Assembly: GCA_002633005.1 (NCBI GenBank)
Contig: NMRA01000611.1
Span: forward strand, 156,674 to 220,673
DNA: 64,000 bases
Direction: 5' to 3'
DNA from: Phoronis australis
Lineage: Eukaryota; Animalia; Phoronida
The translations under genes and the position numbers were made by a program. The notes under the pieces are model-generated. The model was given only the letters and a program-made list of their open reading frames with translations. It did not search any database and was not told where the DNA came from. Each line of letters begins with the position of its first letter. Position 1 is the first letter of the stretch. Below, piece after piece: positions 1 to 15,100 of the stretch.

Positions 1-108
1 TCCTCATCTCATGACCTTTTCGTATGTCATAAAGGATCTTTAAAATTTTGTTTGGATTTAAGTACGGGTTAGATTTTTTAGGTAGTAACTTGATGGTATG
101 TATTTCAG

Positions 109-3100
109 CCATGTTGAGTTCTGCTGCGAGGGTCTGTCCCACCTGCATACACTGGTCTCCCAAAGTCACTACCAGGCCGCCATCCAGGTGTTGAGTAGTG
201 TAGCGCCCCTGTTCTACAATCAGTCGCACTATTTGATTGGTAATGAAAGGTATGCATTGAACATGCCCATTGTAATGGTGATGGAAAATAATTTGATGTT
301 TTTCATCTCTTTGACCAGTCTTTAAGTGCAATAAAGAAATAATTATATTGATTATTTGTAAGCATTAATATATCTATAATGAATGAAAGAGGATTTAAGT
401 ATACTTCATGATTTTAGAGGAGTCAGGGCCCTCACTCATCCGAGGGGAAAGTGTCTGTGCCCTCTGTGAGGGGAATTTTTTGGGGTGAGGGGAAAATTCT
501 ACCCCCCGATTATTTTCAGTAGTAGTCTTCCATTCTGTTGAGAGCCCTCACAGGTTCTGCCTTAAGGAGCCAAAAATAACATTTTGTACTCTTTCAAGTT
601 GTCACCTGTGTGAGTTACAAGTGATTCGAACCTCGAGAGGAATTTTTTAATAACTTGGGAGGAATGTTTGAGCCTCATGAGTGGAATTTTGCGTGATTTT
701 AAGATTTTGTAGCATTTACAAACTGTTATTTCTTTGGAAGGTCCTAAAATCACTTCCAATTTGACTAAAAAGCAATTTAAAACTAATTTCATAATGGGTA
801 GTGGCCTTAACTGAAAGCAAATTTAAAGTTATTTTTTTTTGTAATGGAAGGTGGGTCCATGTTCACTTTAAGATACTCATATTTGAGTTTTCGAAAATGT
901 AAGCTGGTCGTTTCTAAGGATTTTGTGTAAAATGCATTTCCAGAACAACTAGTTTTTGTCTGTTGCAGGTTTTCCAAAATCCTTCAATCTCTGCTGTCAA
1001 CTGACCCTGCCTATACCACATACGCCATGAGTTTCCTCTTCAACATCGAAATCCCCGAGCAGGTCACCAAGTTCATTTGTATGGTTCAGGTGCGTAAGTT
1101 ATGATTGGTTCCTGCTTTTGTAACAGTACACTGTGCTGCTTTATAATTTGAGCTTAATTGGTGGGACAGTGGAGATTATATGTAGTTATTTTGTGCTTGA
1201 TTTCTCACTTTTATTATTTTGCGACATTTTAATTTCAGGCTCAGTTGCAGATGGTCTCCAGTGGAGACTGTGATTCTAGCATGGTTCTGGATTTTTGGAT
1301 CAAGGCTTTAGTGGGACTAAACAAGTGGTACACAGATAAGTACGCTATTATATATTATGTGTTTTCACTTAAACAATGGCTCATAGAGAAATGAGTGGAA
1401 CATTAATCAAGTTTTCTTTCTAGGGTATCTCATAGAGGGAGCCAGTGGCACATCAGCCAATTGTTCTTATTGTATTATTGAAGCCTATCTCATAGGGGGA
1501 GCCAGTGGTACATCAGTTAATTGTTCTTATTGTATTATTGACGCCTATCTCATAGGGGGAGTCAGTGGTACACCAGTCAGGTGTTCTTATTACATCATTG
1601 AAGCCTATCTTTTAGGGGGAGCCAGTGGTACATCAGTTCAGTGTTCTTATTGATTGTATTATTGAAGCTTATCACATAGGGGGAGCCGTTGGTATATTAG
1701 CCAATTGTTCTTATTGTATCATTGATTGAAGAATATCTCATAAGGGGAGCGAGTGGTAATTAGTCAAGTGTTTTTATTGTATCACAGAAGCATGACTTAA
1801 TGAAGCAAGTTACTATTCAGTCAAGAGTTCATTCTGTATCACTGACTCATGTATCACTGACTCATGGCTTATAAGTGGGGTGAATGGTGCATTACGAAGC
1901 CTATTGAGATGATGATCATTTTTCTATCTCTTATTGTCTTTTAAGAAAACAAATTTTTGTCATTGTGATCAAGACACTGCAAGATACCATATTTAGGACC
2001 TATATCGTTCATTGTTCTTGCCAGGAACATACTGTGCTGTGTGGACAGTCTACTTCGAGCTGCATTTGTCACAAAAGGTGGCGACAAAGTGGCAAGTGAC
2101 ACTATTTTCAAGGCTTATGAGGTTTGTAGCCAATATAGTCTCTGCATGTGGATTAATTTTATTATACGTTCGGCATATTCAGGGCGTAAATGTGCAACCC
2201 ACTTCCAACTTAAAGTTTTCAGACTTAGACCATGCCATGTTTAAAAAAATAGTGTTTTGATACTAGGCAAATAATGGGTGAGGTATGTTTACATGGATTA
2301 TTTATTGTTATAAGTTGTGAATTTGGAAATTAGTAGAGAACTCATTAGTCACAAGGTGGCTCTAGTAGATCAACTGTCCTGTCCGTGGAAGTGTTTGCAT
2401 GGATGTCGTGTGCGACTGTTACCCCACGAACACTGCCATGCTTATGAACAAGTTTGGATTCACCATCTAATCAAATTCTGGAAGAGTCTTTTCTTATTAG
2501 TTCTACCCAGTGAATATCCAGTCCCTAGTGGGACTAAACTTAACCTCATTGCGTATTGTCATTCGAAGGATATGCTGCGTGGGAACAAAGGTCAGAATGT
2601 TCTCTCTACATTCATGTCCTGGCTGGCCACCGGCAGTGCCACTACATCATTCCTAGACAAGATCTCTTCTGCTGATTATCCATGGTTTGCCTACTTTGTC
2701 CTGCTTACTGAGACACAGTGGGAGACAGAGACGAGGCTGTGGCCAAGTTTGTTGGAGGAACTGGTCAGAAACCCCCGAAGTAACCTGGATCAAACAGTCA
2801 AGGTATATGACCAGTTGGATCAAGGTGGCCATTTTAAGACTTCTTTCTCTTAACAAATTTTAAAATACTCAGAAGTTACAGTTTTTGAATGACTTGTCTT
2901 ACACTATTTTGGCCCAAGTGGCTCTTTCCACATCACTTACTCACAACGTTACTTTACAATGACTCAGACACCTGGATAATTATAATGAGCATGTTTTTAT
3001 GATATGACTCAACTAGTCATGACAAGTCAGTATATTTATATTAAAAACTACTAAAACAGTAAACAATCATGAGCTTGTTTCACCAACTATAAGATAACCG

Positions 3101-6100
3101 ATGAGCAGAATAAATTGAATATTTAATAAATATCTTATTAATAAGTGAAAACCAAACTAAAAACAGTGGGATATGGGGATCTATCTCCCCAGCAGCAACT
3201 GGGAAGACAATTGGTAGCATGTTTATAATGCAGTTTTCAAATGGAACATCCAGACATCTTAGCTTCAAAATACCCAAGGGTCAACTGTCCAATCAAATTG
3301 CTGTTAGTTGTAGTTTGTGTTTTCCTTTTTCTAGTTATAGGACTGATATTTTTCTTCCCTGTCTATCTCGTGCTTGGTTGCAATCGTCTAAATCGACTCT
3401 TTCTGTCTTTCAGAAAATTTGCACCAATCTCAAATTGGAGAATGGTCCAAGCCTGAATCGACTGTGCATCTACAGGTGGGCTAATGTTGCCATGGAGATC
3501 GAGTTGGGGCATCCAGTTAGTCCCCTGCTGTGGCAGAACTTCTTCTTCCTGTTTCTACAAAGGCCTGTCATCGATGGGTACAGTTTTGTTTTGTTCCTAG
3601 AGATTAAATTTGGCTTAAACTGAATCAATATTTTATCAAATTTTAAAGTCAGTAATCTTTATGATATTGAAAGACCATCAGATGCTAATTTATGAATTTT
3701 GCAAAGCTGAATAGGAGAACTGTGTGAAAAAGTAATTAGTGACATTAATAGTAAGTCCAACCTCTGTTACGTAAATGAAATTTTATGGGTTTTTACATTT
3801 CAATTCATGGGATCTGTTCCAACTAAATTTCTTGGCTGATCGTGTTTTCAAACTTAGAATTTGTGCTACTATCTTGGTTACATAACATTCTGTGGTAGCT
3901 GAAAAAGCTCATGATTTCCATCCGCTTGACAATGCTGTTTTGAATGTTGTATTAGCCTATCTAGACCTGACATCATGGAGATTCCACACATCTTGTAGAC
4001 TGAATTACCTTCTGATCAAGTTTGAGTCAAATACTGGAATAAAAACTTACAAAAATTAGCGACGTTGCGTCCGCATCTCCTGGACTTCAGCTTGGCTTGT
4101 GATGTTATCGTTATTCTGGCCAATTGGTGACATCATCAGTATTGAGGAAGACTGGTTCAGAAGGGGTGTAAAGGAAGCTCTCCATGAGCGCATTGAGAGT
4201 CCCTCTTTAAATAAAAGAGGCGGTTTAAGATTCGATTTGTCACACGTATGGGATGGTGTTCTGACGTCAATGCCGCGCCATCTGGCCAAAACGCCACCAA
4301 TTGGCCAGAATAACGATAATGTCATAAGCCAAGCTGAAGTCTGTGAGATGAGGATGCAACGTCGCTAATTTTGTAAGTTTTTATGCCAGTATTAGACTCA
4401 AACTTGATCTGTTTTCTCAACTGGATGTCTCAAAATTTTCACGAATTACCTTCTATTACTTCTCGTTTTTTTATCGTAACTTTCCTGAATGAAATATGCC
4501 ATTATTACGGACTTTTGACCTGCACTGATCACATATTAGCATCTCAAAGATGTAGGATGGTTTTATATGCCTTGTACTTTTCATCCTAGTGTCGTTATGA
4601 AGAGCAGTGTTGGAGAAGCATTCTTTGAGAGCACGGTGAACGTAACGCTGATGAAGAAGCTGAAAAAGAGGCTGTCTGATGTCATAGAACATCACCACCA
4701 CGAGGCTACGAAGACATCAGTGGACGGTTAGTTTGCATCCATCTTTTCTGGAAGTTGGTTCATTACATGCTCTCCTATTCGAATATCTCCGAATTCTTTC
4801 AGGGCATTTAGTTCATTTTGTTCAGAATTCTTATTGGACTACCAAGCGCACAAGCCAAGTCGGTCTTTTTTGTAAAAGGGGCACAGTGTTACCACGAAAG
4901 TCATCTACCCAGTTCCAAAAGATAAGAAACCGGTTGTAAAAATTAAAGTGCGAGACAAAACTAATCACAAAATATCATTTCCCTGTCATGACCAAGTTGT
5001 TAACATCAAAAAACGACTGGTGGTAACTGTTATCACAGAGAAGTTCTACTACAAAATGTCTTGAAGTCACCTAACTAACTTTCCCATCAATTCCTCTTCA
5101 GTGTCGGAGTCATGAGGAAAATCTTCTCTGACAATGAATTCATGTTCTGCCCAGCATTGACGACGGGAATTTCTCAGTCATTTTGTCTGAAAACTTGTGG
5201 CGTGTAGTTAAGTTTAGTGATTTATCTAATTCCAATTCCAAACGGAATAAACCAAATGGGAAACAGCGTGCTCCTCATGTTTGAATTACATGTGTTGTCA
5301 ATTGTTGGTGTTTGACGCATTATTTCCCATTGTTTAACGGATTCGTGCACTGTATGGATGGGCGTGGCCAAGTATTCATTCATTTGGTATAATCATGGTT
5401 CCCTGTTTTGTAGACTCCGCCGAGAGTGATTCCGAGGGCGCCACTGCTTTGCCAGAAAATGTGAGGTCATCAGCCTCTGCCGATTTTCACACAAAACTCA
5501 TCAGGTACGAGTTGGCAGTAGTCAAAGTTGAATTCAAAGTTAACTAATTCTGATGTTTCTACTGCATGTTTAGAAGGCTATGCCATGTTCTTGAATGTAA
5601 AGACTTATCTGCACCTACTTGAATGTGTACTGCATGTTTAGAAGGCTATGCCATGTTCTTGAATGTAAAGACTTATCTGCACCTACTTGTGTACTTGTGT
5701 CTTTGCAATGTAGAAAAACATGCTTAAATAATAAAGTTAATGATCAGTCTAAAGTACCACTATAACAGCTGCAACTGTTGGTATGATTAGGATTGAAAGG
5801 GTTAACTGCGTGTTGCTTCAATTTAAATCAGTCACCGCAGTCAGTTCCATTTCTCATAGAACAGGGATTTCAGCCATTTCTGTCCAGACAGATAGTTATG
5901 ATTGTGAAAATAAACATATTGGGAAAAATTGAAACAATGATTCAAAAACCAAAACTGAACTAGAACTGAAAATTGTGAAGCATTCCAGTCCTACAATGGT
6001 AAAACATGGCTCAAAATTTCTGCCAAGTTGTATGAAACTGCTTTTTTCAAACTAGTTTGTAGTAAACACCTAGCTGTTTTTCAACTTTTTATGTGCAATA

Positions 6101-9100
6101 GAAGACGATGACTGTGTGTAAGCATTGAGTATCCATGGAAACACTATAAGGCAACTATTCCTTTGGATTCTGGGTCATTCAGTAGCATTTTGTTTTCATT
6201 GATCCTTTTTGTGATTCACGAGTATTTCACATTCTATTCACTACTTTCATGAATTTGCTGTGCTTGAAAACGAGGTGTTGTGTCCAAACTTCAAAATTAA
6301 TATTTCTGCGTGTTTGGAGCAAGCGCAATGTCACGTTTGCGTTGTTAAAATTGATGCTAAAACGAGGCATTGTGTCCTAAACAACAATGCACAACACGAT
6401 CGTTTTTGCAGCACCACCATCGTGTGCAAGTAGTGAATAGCTTGCCTCTGTGTGTGTATTGCAGCCTTTACCAGAGCTTCAAGTTGTGGTTGGATGAGCC
6501 GCGCCTACATGATGGTAACCTCTACCTGCCTGGGTTACCTGTGCAGTATGCTGCGGAGAGACTGCAGCGGATATTTCAGGGGGACAAGGTGGGTAGACCT
6601 GCCCCCAGGGATGAAATGTGTCTCAATGATTCCACATTGTTTTGATACATAGTTTTCATCACGTCAGGATTATGCATTGACTTCAACGTATGAATTGTTC
6701 CCGTAGCTGTTGTATCTTCAATAATAACGATGTAGGATTTGTATTGTCGTATGTCTACAAATCATTTATTATGCCCTGCTTGCCACTAAGCACTGAATAT
6801 GGGCCTCTAGAAAGGACTGTTATCATAATGGTATTATGTGAAGATTTTAAGTATTAAGCTTAAAGCCAATTGTCATTTTACTTTTATAGATGAAAAGTGG
6901 AGTATTTTAGTCTGTAAACAGAGCTTTCCTGGTTTTCTGACGTGAGCATCTAAGTCTGATAAACCTGTTTCTTTGATGTTTTAGAATCCGTGGTTTGAGT
7001 TTGTGGACATGGATAAGGTAGAATATACAGCAGCGCGATCTGTTGAGGAGTGGATGACTAAAATATTTCCTGTTTCCTATGGCAACCTATTGTCTTCCGG
7101 TTTTGAACCCAGAACTGTCACAGGTAAATATACTGTAACTTGATAACATGTTGCTAGCTGTCATTTTCACGCTACAGTTCTGACACCTTAGCTTTCAGTG
7201 TTTTTTATTTACGCCACATCCAGATTCACATCCAATTTCCGACCTTCCACTAGTTTGCTGCCTGTGAGATGTCAGAATCCGTGTTTAGTTTACATTTTGT
7301 AATGACATACTACTCTAAGGTCATGGTAATTTTGAAAATTTAAAGTGAAATTCTTTGTGATTGCAGTAATTGTTTCTAGTTATTGCAGCTAACCTTAAAA
7401 AATTTTTTTACTTGTTGTTTTGAAATTTTAAAACACAGTCTACACTAGTTACATTTTGATTTTAAGAAATTAAAAAATATATTGTTGATGAAGATGATGG
7501 GCCTCGCGGCCTGGACTTTCTTATTTTTTATATTTTCTATGCTTCTAGGACTCAACCTTAGATTTTCTAGTATCATTCCGAATTCAATTTGAGTTAATTG
7601 CAGGTCATACTTGAACTTGTTTTGAGTTTAGAAAAATTAATAGACTACAACTTGACTCTGGGTAGAACGATATTTAGTAGAAAATCTTAAGTCTGAGTCT
7701 GTCTTGGATCCCTTATATTAGTATGACAGTCTATTTCCTTTTGTCACAGCCACAGACAGGATCCTGACCCGTCTGTCTCAGAAGACCACGTCGCTGCCCC
7801 CTCCAGTGTTACTTCCTCTCAAGGCCCCGGTGCCAGATGTTCCAGTCCAGCTTCTGACGGATGGCGATAATCTGATACTGGCGTTGAAGTCGGACTTCAC
7901 TGAGATTATCAACTATGCCAAGTAAGGCTTGCAATAGTTTATTTCCTGAGAGAGCTAATTGACTCTTGATGTTAATGTTTTGGCTAGTTGTATTCACTGC
8001 TTGATGTCATGAGATGATGTGTATGATAGATGTCTAAATGTTCATGCCAGTGTAGCATCAATATGTGGCTGGCTCAGTGTGAGTCATACATGTGAACAGC
8101 TCCAAAAAGCTGTGACAAGTGAGACCTGGATATTTTGAAAATTTTGAGATGTGACAAATTCTAACGTGCCATTAAACATAAATCCATTATCCGCATTAGC
8201 GTCTCCAGTCACTTTTGACAAAATGTCAACAAAGTGTGTTCCCATTTGCCAGTAGTGTGGTTAATTAAGATTTCCCTGTTCTTCGATAATACCACCTGGG
8301 GTTCATTAGCATACCAGGTGAGTACTAAGAATTAAAAGTATTTGCCACTATTGTGATTGTTTGGAGGTCCCCTGTGAGTGTTTCTCTGTTTGCAGAACTT
8401 TTTCCCACCGTGTATCCAAGCATATTGAGTTGGACTGTAACTACGAGGAACTGATGCCAGATCTGTATGGAAATGAGATGACGCAGGTGAGTTCCGTGTG
8501 GATGTGAGGTGACGCAGGTGAGTTCTGTTTGTCAAACTGACATTTGGTGAAGGCTGCTTTCACTGGGGAAGATAGTCAAGATATTGTGACCTGGAACTGG
8601 AAGAATACATAATATTATGCCCACTGAAATGAACTGGTGAAGGCAGCGTGATTTAGACTAGAGTACAATACGAGTGCATTTGATATATTTAATACACTAT
8701 TCATTGAAAAAATCACTCATTTTAAACTGTTAAGCGTACTTGCAAGACCACGAGGACACGCCAACCCTAGTTTGAACCATATATTTGCTTCCATTTCGAC
8801 ATACGTCATGACAGATACTTCTCGGTCACGAGAAAAAAACACTCTGATGTGGAATTCAATTTCCACCAAGCTGTCATGATGCTGGAATTCCAGGCCATTT
8901 TGTCTGAATAGTTTTGGTGTGTACAATACTCTGCTGATTTTATCTTGTGACATTTTGCTAAACGTAGACACACATAGCTGTTGACATTCGCTCGTGTGTG
9001 AACAAATATCGATTGTTCCAACTTGTGATTTCCATTGGTCATTTGTTGTCGTTGCCAGGTGGACCTTTACATTCCCTGTCGCCGATCGTTCAAGCCAGGA

Positions 9101-12100
9101 CACACCTGTGATGGACCAGCAGAAGTCAGGGTCAGGGTGGGTAGCCTGTTAGATAGTCATATGGTATCAGTAAACCATGAACATTTTTGTCTCACTTCTT
9201 AAAAGGTGTATCTCCTTTGAAGATGCCTTGTTGACATGTGCTGCCACCTTGCAGATCTCATTGATGTCACAGCTGCTTTCAGGTTATACATGTGATTGTA
9301 TTGTGTTATTTTTTAATGAAATGTTGTTTTCAACTAGATATTATGTTCCTCCCTTTTGCAGTTATTGAAAGTGGTGATTAGGACACTGAAAGTTTCAGGC
9401 GCCTCAGACTACTATGTGAGGAGATCGATTTATTCTCCTAGTTCTTTTGTGGTCCCTACATTCTGAGAACCAGTTTTCTCCATTGATTAACAGGCAACAA
9501 ACTGGTTCTCAAAATCTGGGACCCCTTTAAGTGGCTATTGGATACTTCTTAATTTGTTCCCAGTGTCAGATTTTACATGGACATGTAAGTTTGTGAATCA
9601 TTCCTCTTGTTCCTGGTGAACAAGCTTTATTATGATCAATGCACATGGTCATTGGACAGTGTTTACGGCGTAACAAAATAAAACATCAGTCACGTGTGCC
9701 ATTTTTGAATGACAATACTTCAGAATCCTGAGCCTGATTGCATGAAACAGTTCCAAACTTGGACTCAACTAAGGTTGCCTAATTCTAATGCGTGTCTGTG
9801 GACTTGTGAAAACACTGAATGTCCTTTCTTATGCTCTTTTAGTTTCATTATTAAGTCAATTTATTGCTTTGCTACAAAGCGTGTCTTTGAGTGAATTGAA
9901 TTCTCAGTATTATTGAAAATAAGTATGGAACTTTTCTTGCAACGCCTCTAATTTAAGGACTAAGTCCCTATTCATTTTCAATGAATTAAGGGCTCAGATT
10001 TTAGTTATTTTATTTGATGATGTCATAAGTAAAAGAGAAGATCACATTAATGATGAAATGATAGAAAAAGTATTGCAACTGTGAGTAGTGAACGGCACAA
10101 ATATGCGAAAGATTTAGGAGCCTTTAAGTTAGTTGAGTACCCATTTGGGACTGTTTTACCTTCAGTTGGCAGAGGTGCCTTTATTTGAAAGTAGTACGCA
10201 AGATCTACAACGTTCAAAATTATTTCCATTTCTTGGTCAGTACGAGGAGAAGAGATGCAGAGAGATTGTGAAGCGAAGAATGGATGAGAATCGCATAGAG
10301 TACAAGGAGCTGTTGTGCCAGTCGTTCCTACCCCCTCATCAGTCAGTGTGCACTGCTGCTGTCCATGTGGAGAATGCTATCACGTAAGGTTTCAGTATTA
10401 CAGTAATTGTTTGTTAGTTCGACAGACATAGCGTTCTTGTTAGAAATTGGCTGCCACTTGGCTTTGGCGTAAAGTTGGAAAAGTTCTGCCGTGTCGTCAA
10501 TTTATTGGGAGATTTTCAAAAAGTACTGATGACTGCACAAAAAGTCACAGTTTAGGAGTGAAATGTTCAAAAATTTCCAAAATTATTGCAATCACACAGA
10601 AACTCTAACACAACATTTCTCTTTATTCCAAAAGCAGATTGATTTCTTTAGATTAGGCCAGGCTCGAAGGACTGTTTCAAAATCTGATGGAGTTTATAGT
10701 AAGTTCAGATCTGGCTTAAGACTGGTGACATTGAAATTAAGTTGAATAACACTTTGCTAAAACCTTAAAACTGTATCACTGTCACTCTAGGCAGTTGTTC
10801 GAAAGTTATTGTTGTGAATATGACACCCAACTGATCTGTTACTAGAATGAATAGAATGAACTTCAAGTCATATCAGTTCACTGCGGTACTCTTTACAGAG
10901 CTGAAGGCTGCATGAATCAATACTTCATATTTTGCTTGACTGTCATCCCCATAATAATTAGTATTTAAACAGGAGTAGACAACTTTTTTACAGAGACCTA
11001 ATTACTCATCTTAAAGCACAAGACTGTGACTCTCGGACGGCGGAACTAATTACTCACGCCGGTCGTACTTTATTCTATCATGTGGTCCTCTTGGTGTCGG
11101 ACATAACTAATCATTACCCACCCTGTCGTCAGTTCTTCTCGTCGTGTGTGGAAGTTCTCGGACAGGTAATATGTTCACAATAAATGCATTGTGGGACAAC
11201 TGTTGGCCCGTAAACATCCAGTGACGTTACAGATAACTCGTTGTTGTGTGAACAACATGGTGGATTACAACACTTGTCTCTTGAGCGCACCAGAATTGAA
11301 AGCATGGGTCTACTTTAATACAAAGCAGCCAACATAGAAAGTGGAATGAGCACATACTATTAGATATTAGTAAAATATTTTGTATGTAAGATTTTCAAAG
11401 CATGCATGATCCAATCACGTTGAAGTTGAGTCTCACCGCCTAAAAATTATTAAATCAGATTGGATATCTGCAAGTTACCTGGGTTTGTCATCAGATGTCT
11501 ACGAGCCGACAACCGTCTGACAATGGTTGTATAATGACATCAGTGACAGTGCCATAGGGGAAATCTCCCCAATTGTAAATCTGTTTGAGGTTTTATGTGG
11601 CCGTGGCTGCATAGTGGCAATGATGTTATTGTGAAAAACTTAAATGTGCATGCTAGTGCTTTTGGTGAAAGTTGTTTGTTTTACACATATTTCTGAATGT
11701 TAAACATCCTTTTTTGACGCACTTGAGTACAACATCTTGCAATGGGTAATGTGAAGCGGCATTCAATCCTTTGTTGGATTTTTAATGTCTCGTCACTTTT
11801 GAATTAATAACAAAAATTAAGTAAAAAGTCAATTACTTGTTAAAGAGATTCTTAATGAATTGTGCAATTCTTGTTCCGTTTTCTAAATTTTCGTCTGTAG
11901 AAAAAATTTGCTGTCGGCCAACTCGTGTTTCTCTTGAAGGGAAGACCAGGCTTATCGCCATCAAGAAACTAGACTGCTGTTAAGTGCGTTCTGTACATTG
12001 TTACCTCATCTTCTCTTTCCTTAATTGGACATTTTGTTGTATTCATGGTATTGTAGGTGCAGGCAAATCCCATTATTTTGCTTAGCTCTAATATGTTATA

Positions 12101-15100
12101 CCGCATTGCTGTGCCTTTAGGTCCATGCGCCTATCCCTGAAATAAATGCAATTTTTCACAGCCTTATTTTGCCCATGGCAAGTGGTTCGCACATTGACAC
12201 ATGTCCCTAAGTTTCACATATAAGCTCGGGTAATGACTCCTGCATAGGCCGATACTTTAATTTACATATAAGCACCCCTGTTTTGACTACCACTGCCTCC
12301 TCATGGCAGTTATTTTTATGTTTACCTCGAGTCTTTGTCGATGGAGTTTTTTTTTGGCGTATTTTCAATCAAGAATAATGGTATTGTGTTACAGTATTGT
12401 CGTGCCTTTAGGCCCATGAGCCTATATCTGAAATGATACCTCTTTTCCCAGCCTTTTTTCCCAAGTGGTTTTGCATATTGGCGCATGCACCTAAGTTATG
12501 CATATTAGCGCAGTTCCACGCAGATGCCCATGTGCCTTATGGCAGTGCAATGCGGTAGTTTTGTCCTTGTTCTCTGAACTTTTTGGTATTGTGCAGAAAA
12601 TTCACACTTGAATGCATTTCTGTCCCTCTCCAGGAGTTCATTGCAAACCACAGAAGTGAGACTAGCCGCTTACTGTTGACTATCCTGTCCACACCATTAC
12701 TGGCGGGAAATCTTGCTGTCCACTTCACACCCAGTGCTAGTCCACGCGAGTTCATACACCTGTATGAGAAAGTAGTGCCCACAGTGGCCACATTGGCGAC
12801 TGACACTGCATTCATGTTGTTCACGAAGGTGAGTCCTGTATGGTGTCACTGATTCATGAAGGAAACACATTTTGTCGTTAACAGCTTAAGTGAAAATAAC
12901 ACCATGTTGAGGATGTTAAAAGGCACTTTTACAGGTTAGTTCTACTGTCCATAACTTAATCATCATTGTTTTTAGTTTGTGTTTTAGTACTGAACTACTT
13001 GTAGTGTACCATGGTTGCAATTATTCGGGAAATGTTAAGAGCAATTATTATTATTTTTTACTAGTTGAGCAGTGTCGATTAATGTCATCTTTTCTGTGCA
13101 GCAACTTGTGTATCATTCACTAAATTTCAGTTTGACATTCAGCAGTGGCTGATCACGTACACGCCTGTTTTATCTGAACGACGACAGTTTGCCGCGCTCC
13201 TAGTGGACGTCATGTGCATCTGTGGTGCACAGCCAGAGGACAGACTTCTGAAGGTTCTTGAGGTAAGGAATTTGCTACGAAATTGTCTTGTACTTAGAAA
13301 GTATGTGAAGACGGAAGAGTTTGATGGAAAACCACTTTGAACATTCCCGTTATCACAAGGGAATGTTGATAAGGAGGTGTGGTTGCCTACACTTATTAAG
13401 TAGAGCTCTTCTACTTGGATGCCTTTTTGCATTTTGATGAGCAGCTGACACAGCGCTGGATGATGAGGCATACGTTGTGCTATCAAATTCGAAAAAAAAG
13501 TCGATGGTAATGTGCGGACACTATGGTGTAAGTTTGTGCTTTGTCAATTTTTTACACAGTGCACACAATGTGATATGTGATATTTAATACAGAGTGTAAT
13601 TTTGTGCCATAGAGAGGGTGTTGGAACATCCTAAAGTAAAGAAGTGAAATAATAAAATCCTTCAACTTTTGTTTTGATATACGAGAAAACACAATGTTTG
13701 TTGTTTTGAACAGACTTGAGTGACGAACACGAAAAGATCACGCTTGTTGTATTAATGTTTTCTGTCCACTTGCAGACTAAGACTTAGTATCCATCATTAC
13801 ATTTAAAAAATGATAACATAACCTGGTGTGATAACGTCAGCAAACAAGTTCTCACGATTGGTCACTCCAAAGGAATGAAGTAACGAACTAGCAGAACTAA
13901 TGAAATAATTCCCCAAGAACCAGCTTTGTTCTTTATGCTTGAAGATCTGGATAGTACGATGCCCAGCACTTTTTGAAAGTCGTCTGCTGTCATGCTGCTT
14001 GCTCCAGGGTGGCCTCGTTCACCTGGTGGCCCTTGTAGACCTGGTTCCCCTTGTTGACCTGGTGGCCCTTGAGGACCTGGTGGCCCTTGAGAACCTGGAT
14101 AACCATCAAGTCCATTAAGGCCGTCTCTGCCAGGGGGGCCTTGAAGACACTGAGGGTGCGGCGTCACTCCTCCACTTGGGTCATTGGCAGCACGCTTTTG
14201 GCGGGAAATCGGTGCAGTTTGGTTTACTCCAGATTCTGCTTTGTCAGAAGTAATCTTGGTCTCTTTAGTCCTGTATGCACTCAACAACCAATCAAACTTC
14301 TTCTCCAGGTTAAGTTCAACCACTTCATTATCCTTGAGCTGGTCTTGGAAACCATTTTTGGTGGGTGATCTGTCCTTCAGGTGTTGCTCCTCAAAGAGAA
14401 CATAGATGGCCAGTCCAAAACTGGCCAAGGCTATCAGCAAGACCAGAGCCAGAATGACCATCATGTGCGCCGTGTAATGTCTGCCATGTTTGACTTTAGT
14501 CAGTGGCTCGTTCATGTTGAATCTCAGTGTTGTACTTCGCATCCAGCGACCACTTGTTGACTGAACTTGGAAACGTTACTCGGGCATTAAATGATAAAAT
14601 TGACATCCTCTAGTGTCAACCCCTGCATCTAATGTAGTTCCTTGTGTACTTAGTTTTGCAAATTGTTTTTGCGGAGGTTTGATTATGAATTCATTAGTCG
14701 ACTGCCTGTGTCCAATCATGAAGCTAATACATTTCCTCATTATCGGACATGTTCATGTGATGTTCATGTTCATGTAATGTTCACGTGACATTATTAACAA
14801 AAGATATGCTCAGTGCTATAATTATAATTTAGATAACAGTCACCATCAACTTAAATGACAGTTGCGGCCCCCATTTAAGGTTCATTTTGATTGCAATTAC
14901 GGGATGGTAACACTTGATTGAAGCAAGGCTAAATGAGCATTGCTACCTCTGCAATAAAATGATGAACTTGAAAACAGGTCTGATGTCATCGCATGATGGT
15001 TTTAGTCAACTGTCACAAGAGATCTGTGGCCATATGCTTGGCTCCAATTTCACTGTGTTCCTAGTCTATAGCGAGAGTTAGTTGATTTTTTAAATCTAAG

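Noticed and set aside
424-549. hAT-like MITE (CAGGGCCCTC...GAGAGCCCT)
   Set aside because: TIRs short and imperfect, no target-site duplication visible.
1426-1790. Regularly spaced repeats as a CRISPR array
   Set aside because: Whole units repeat with no unique spacers; eukaryotic intron; no cas genes.
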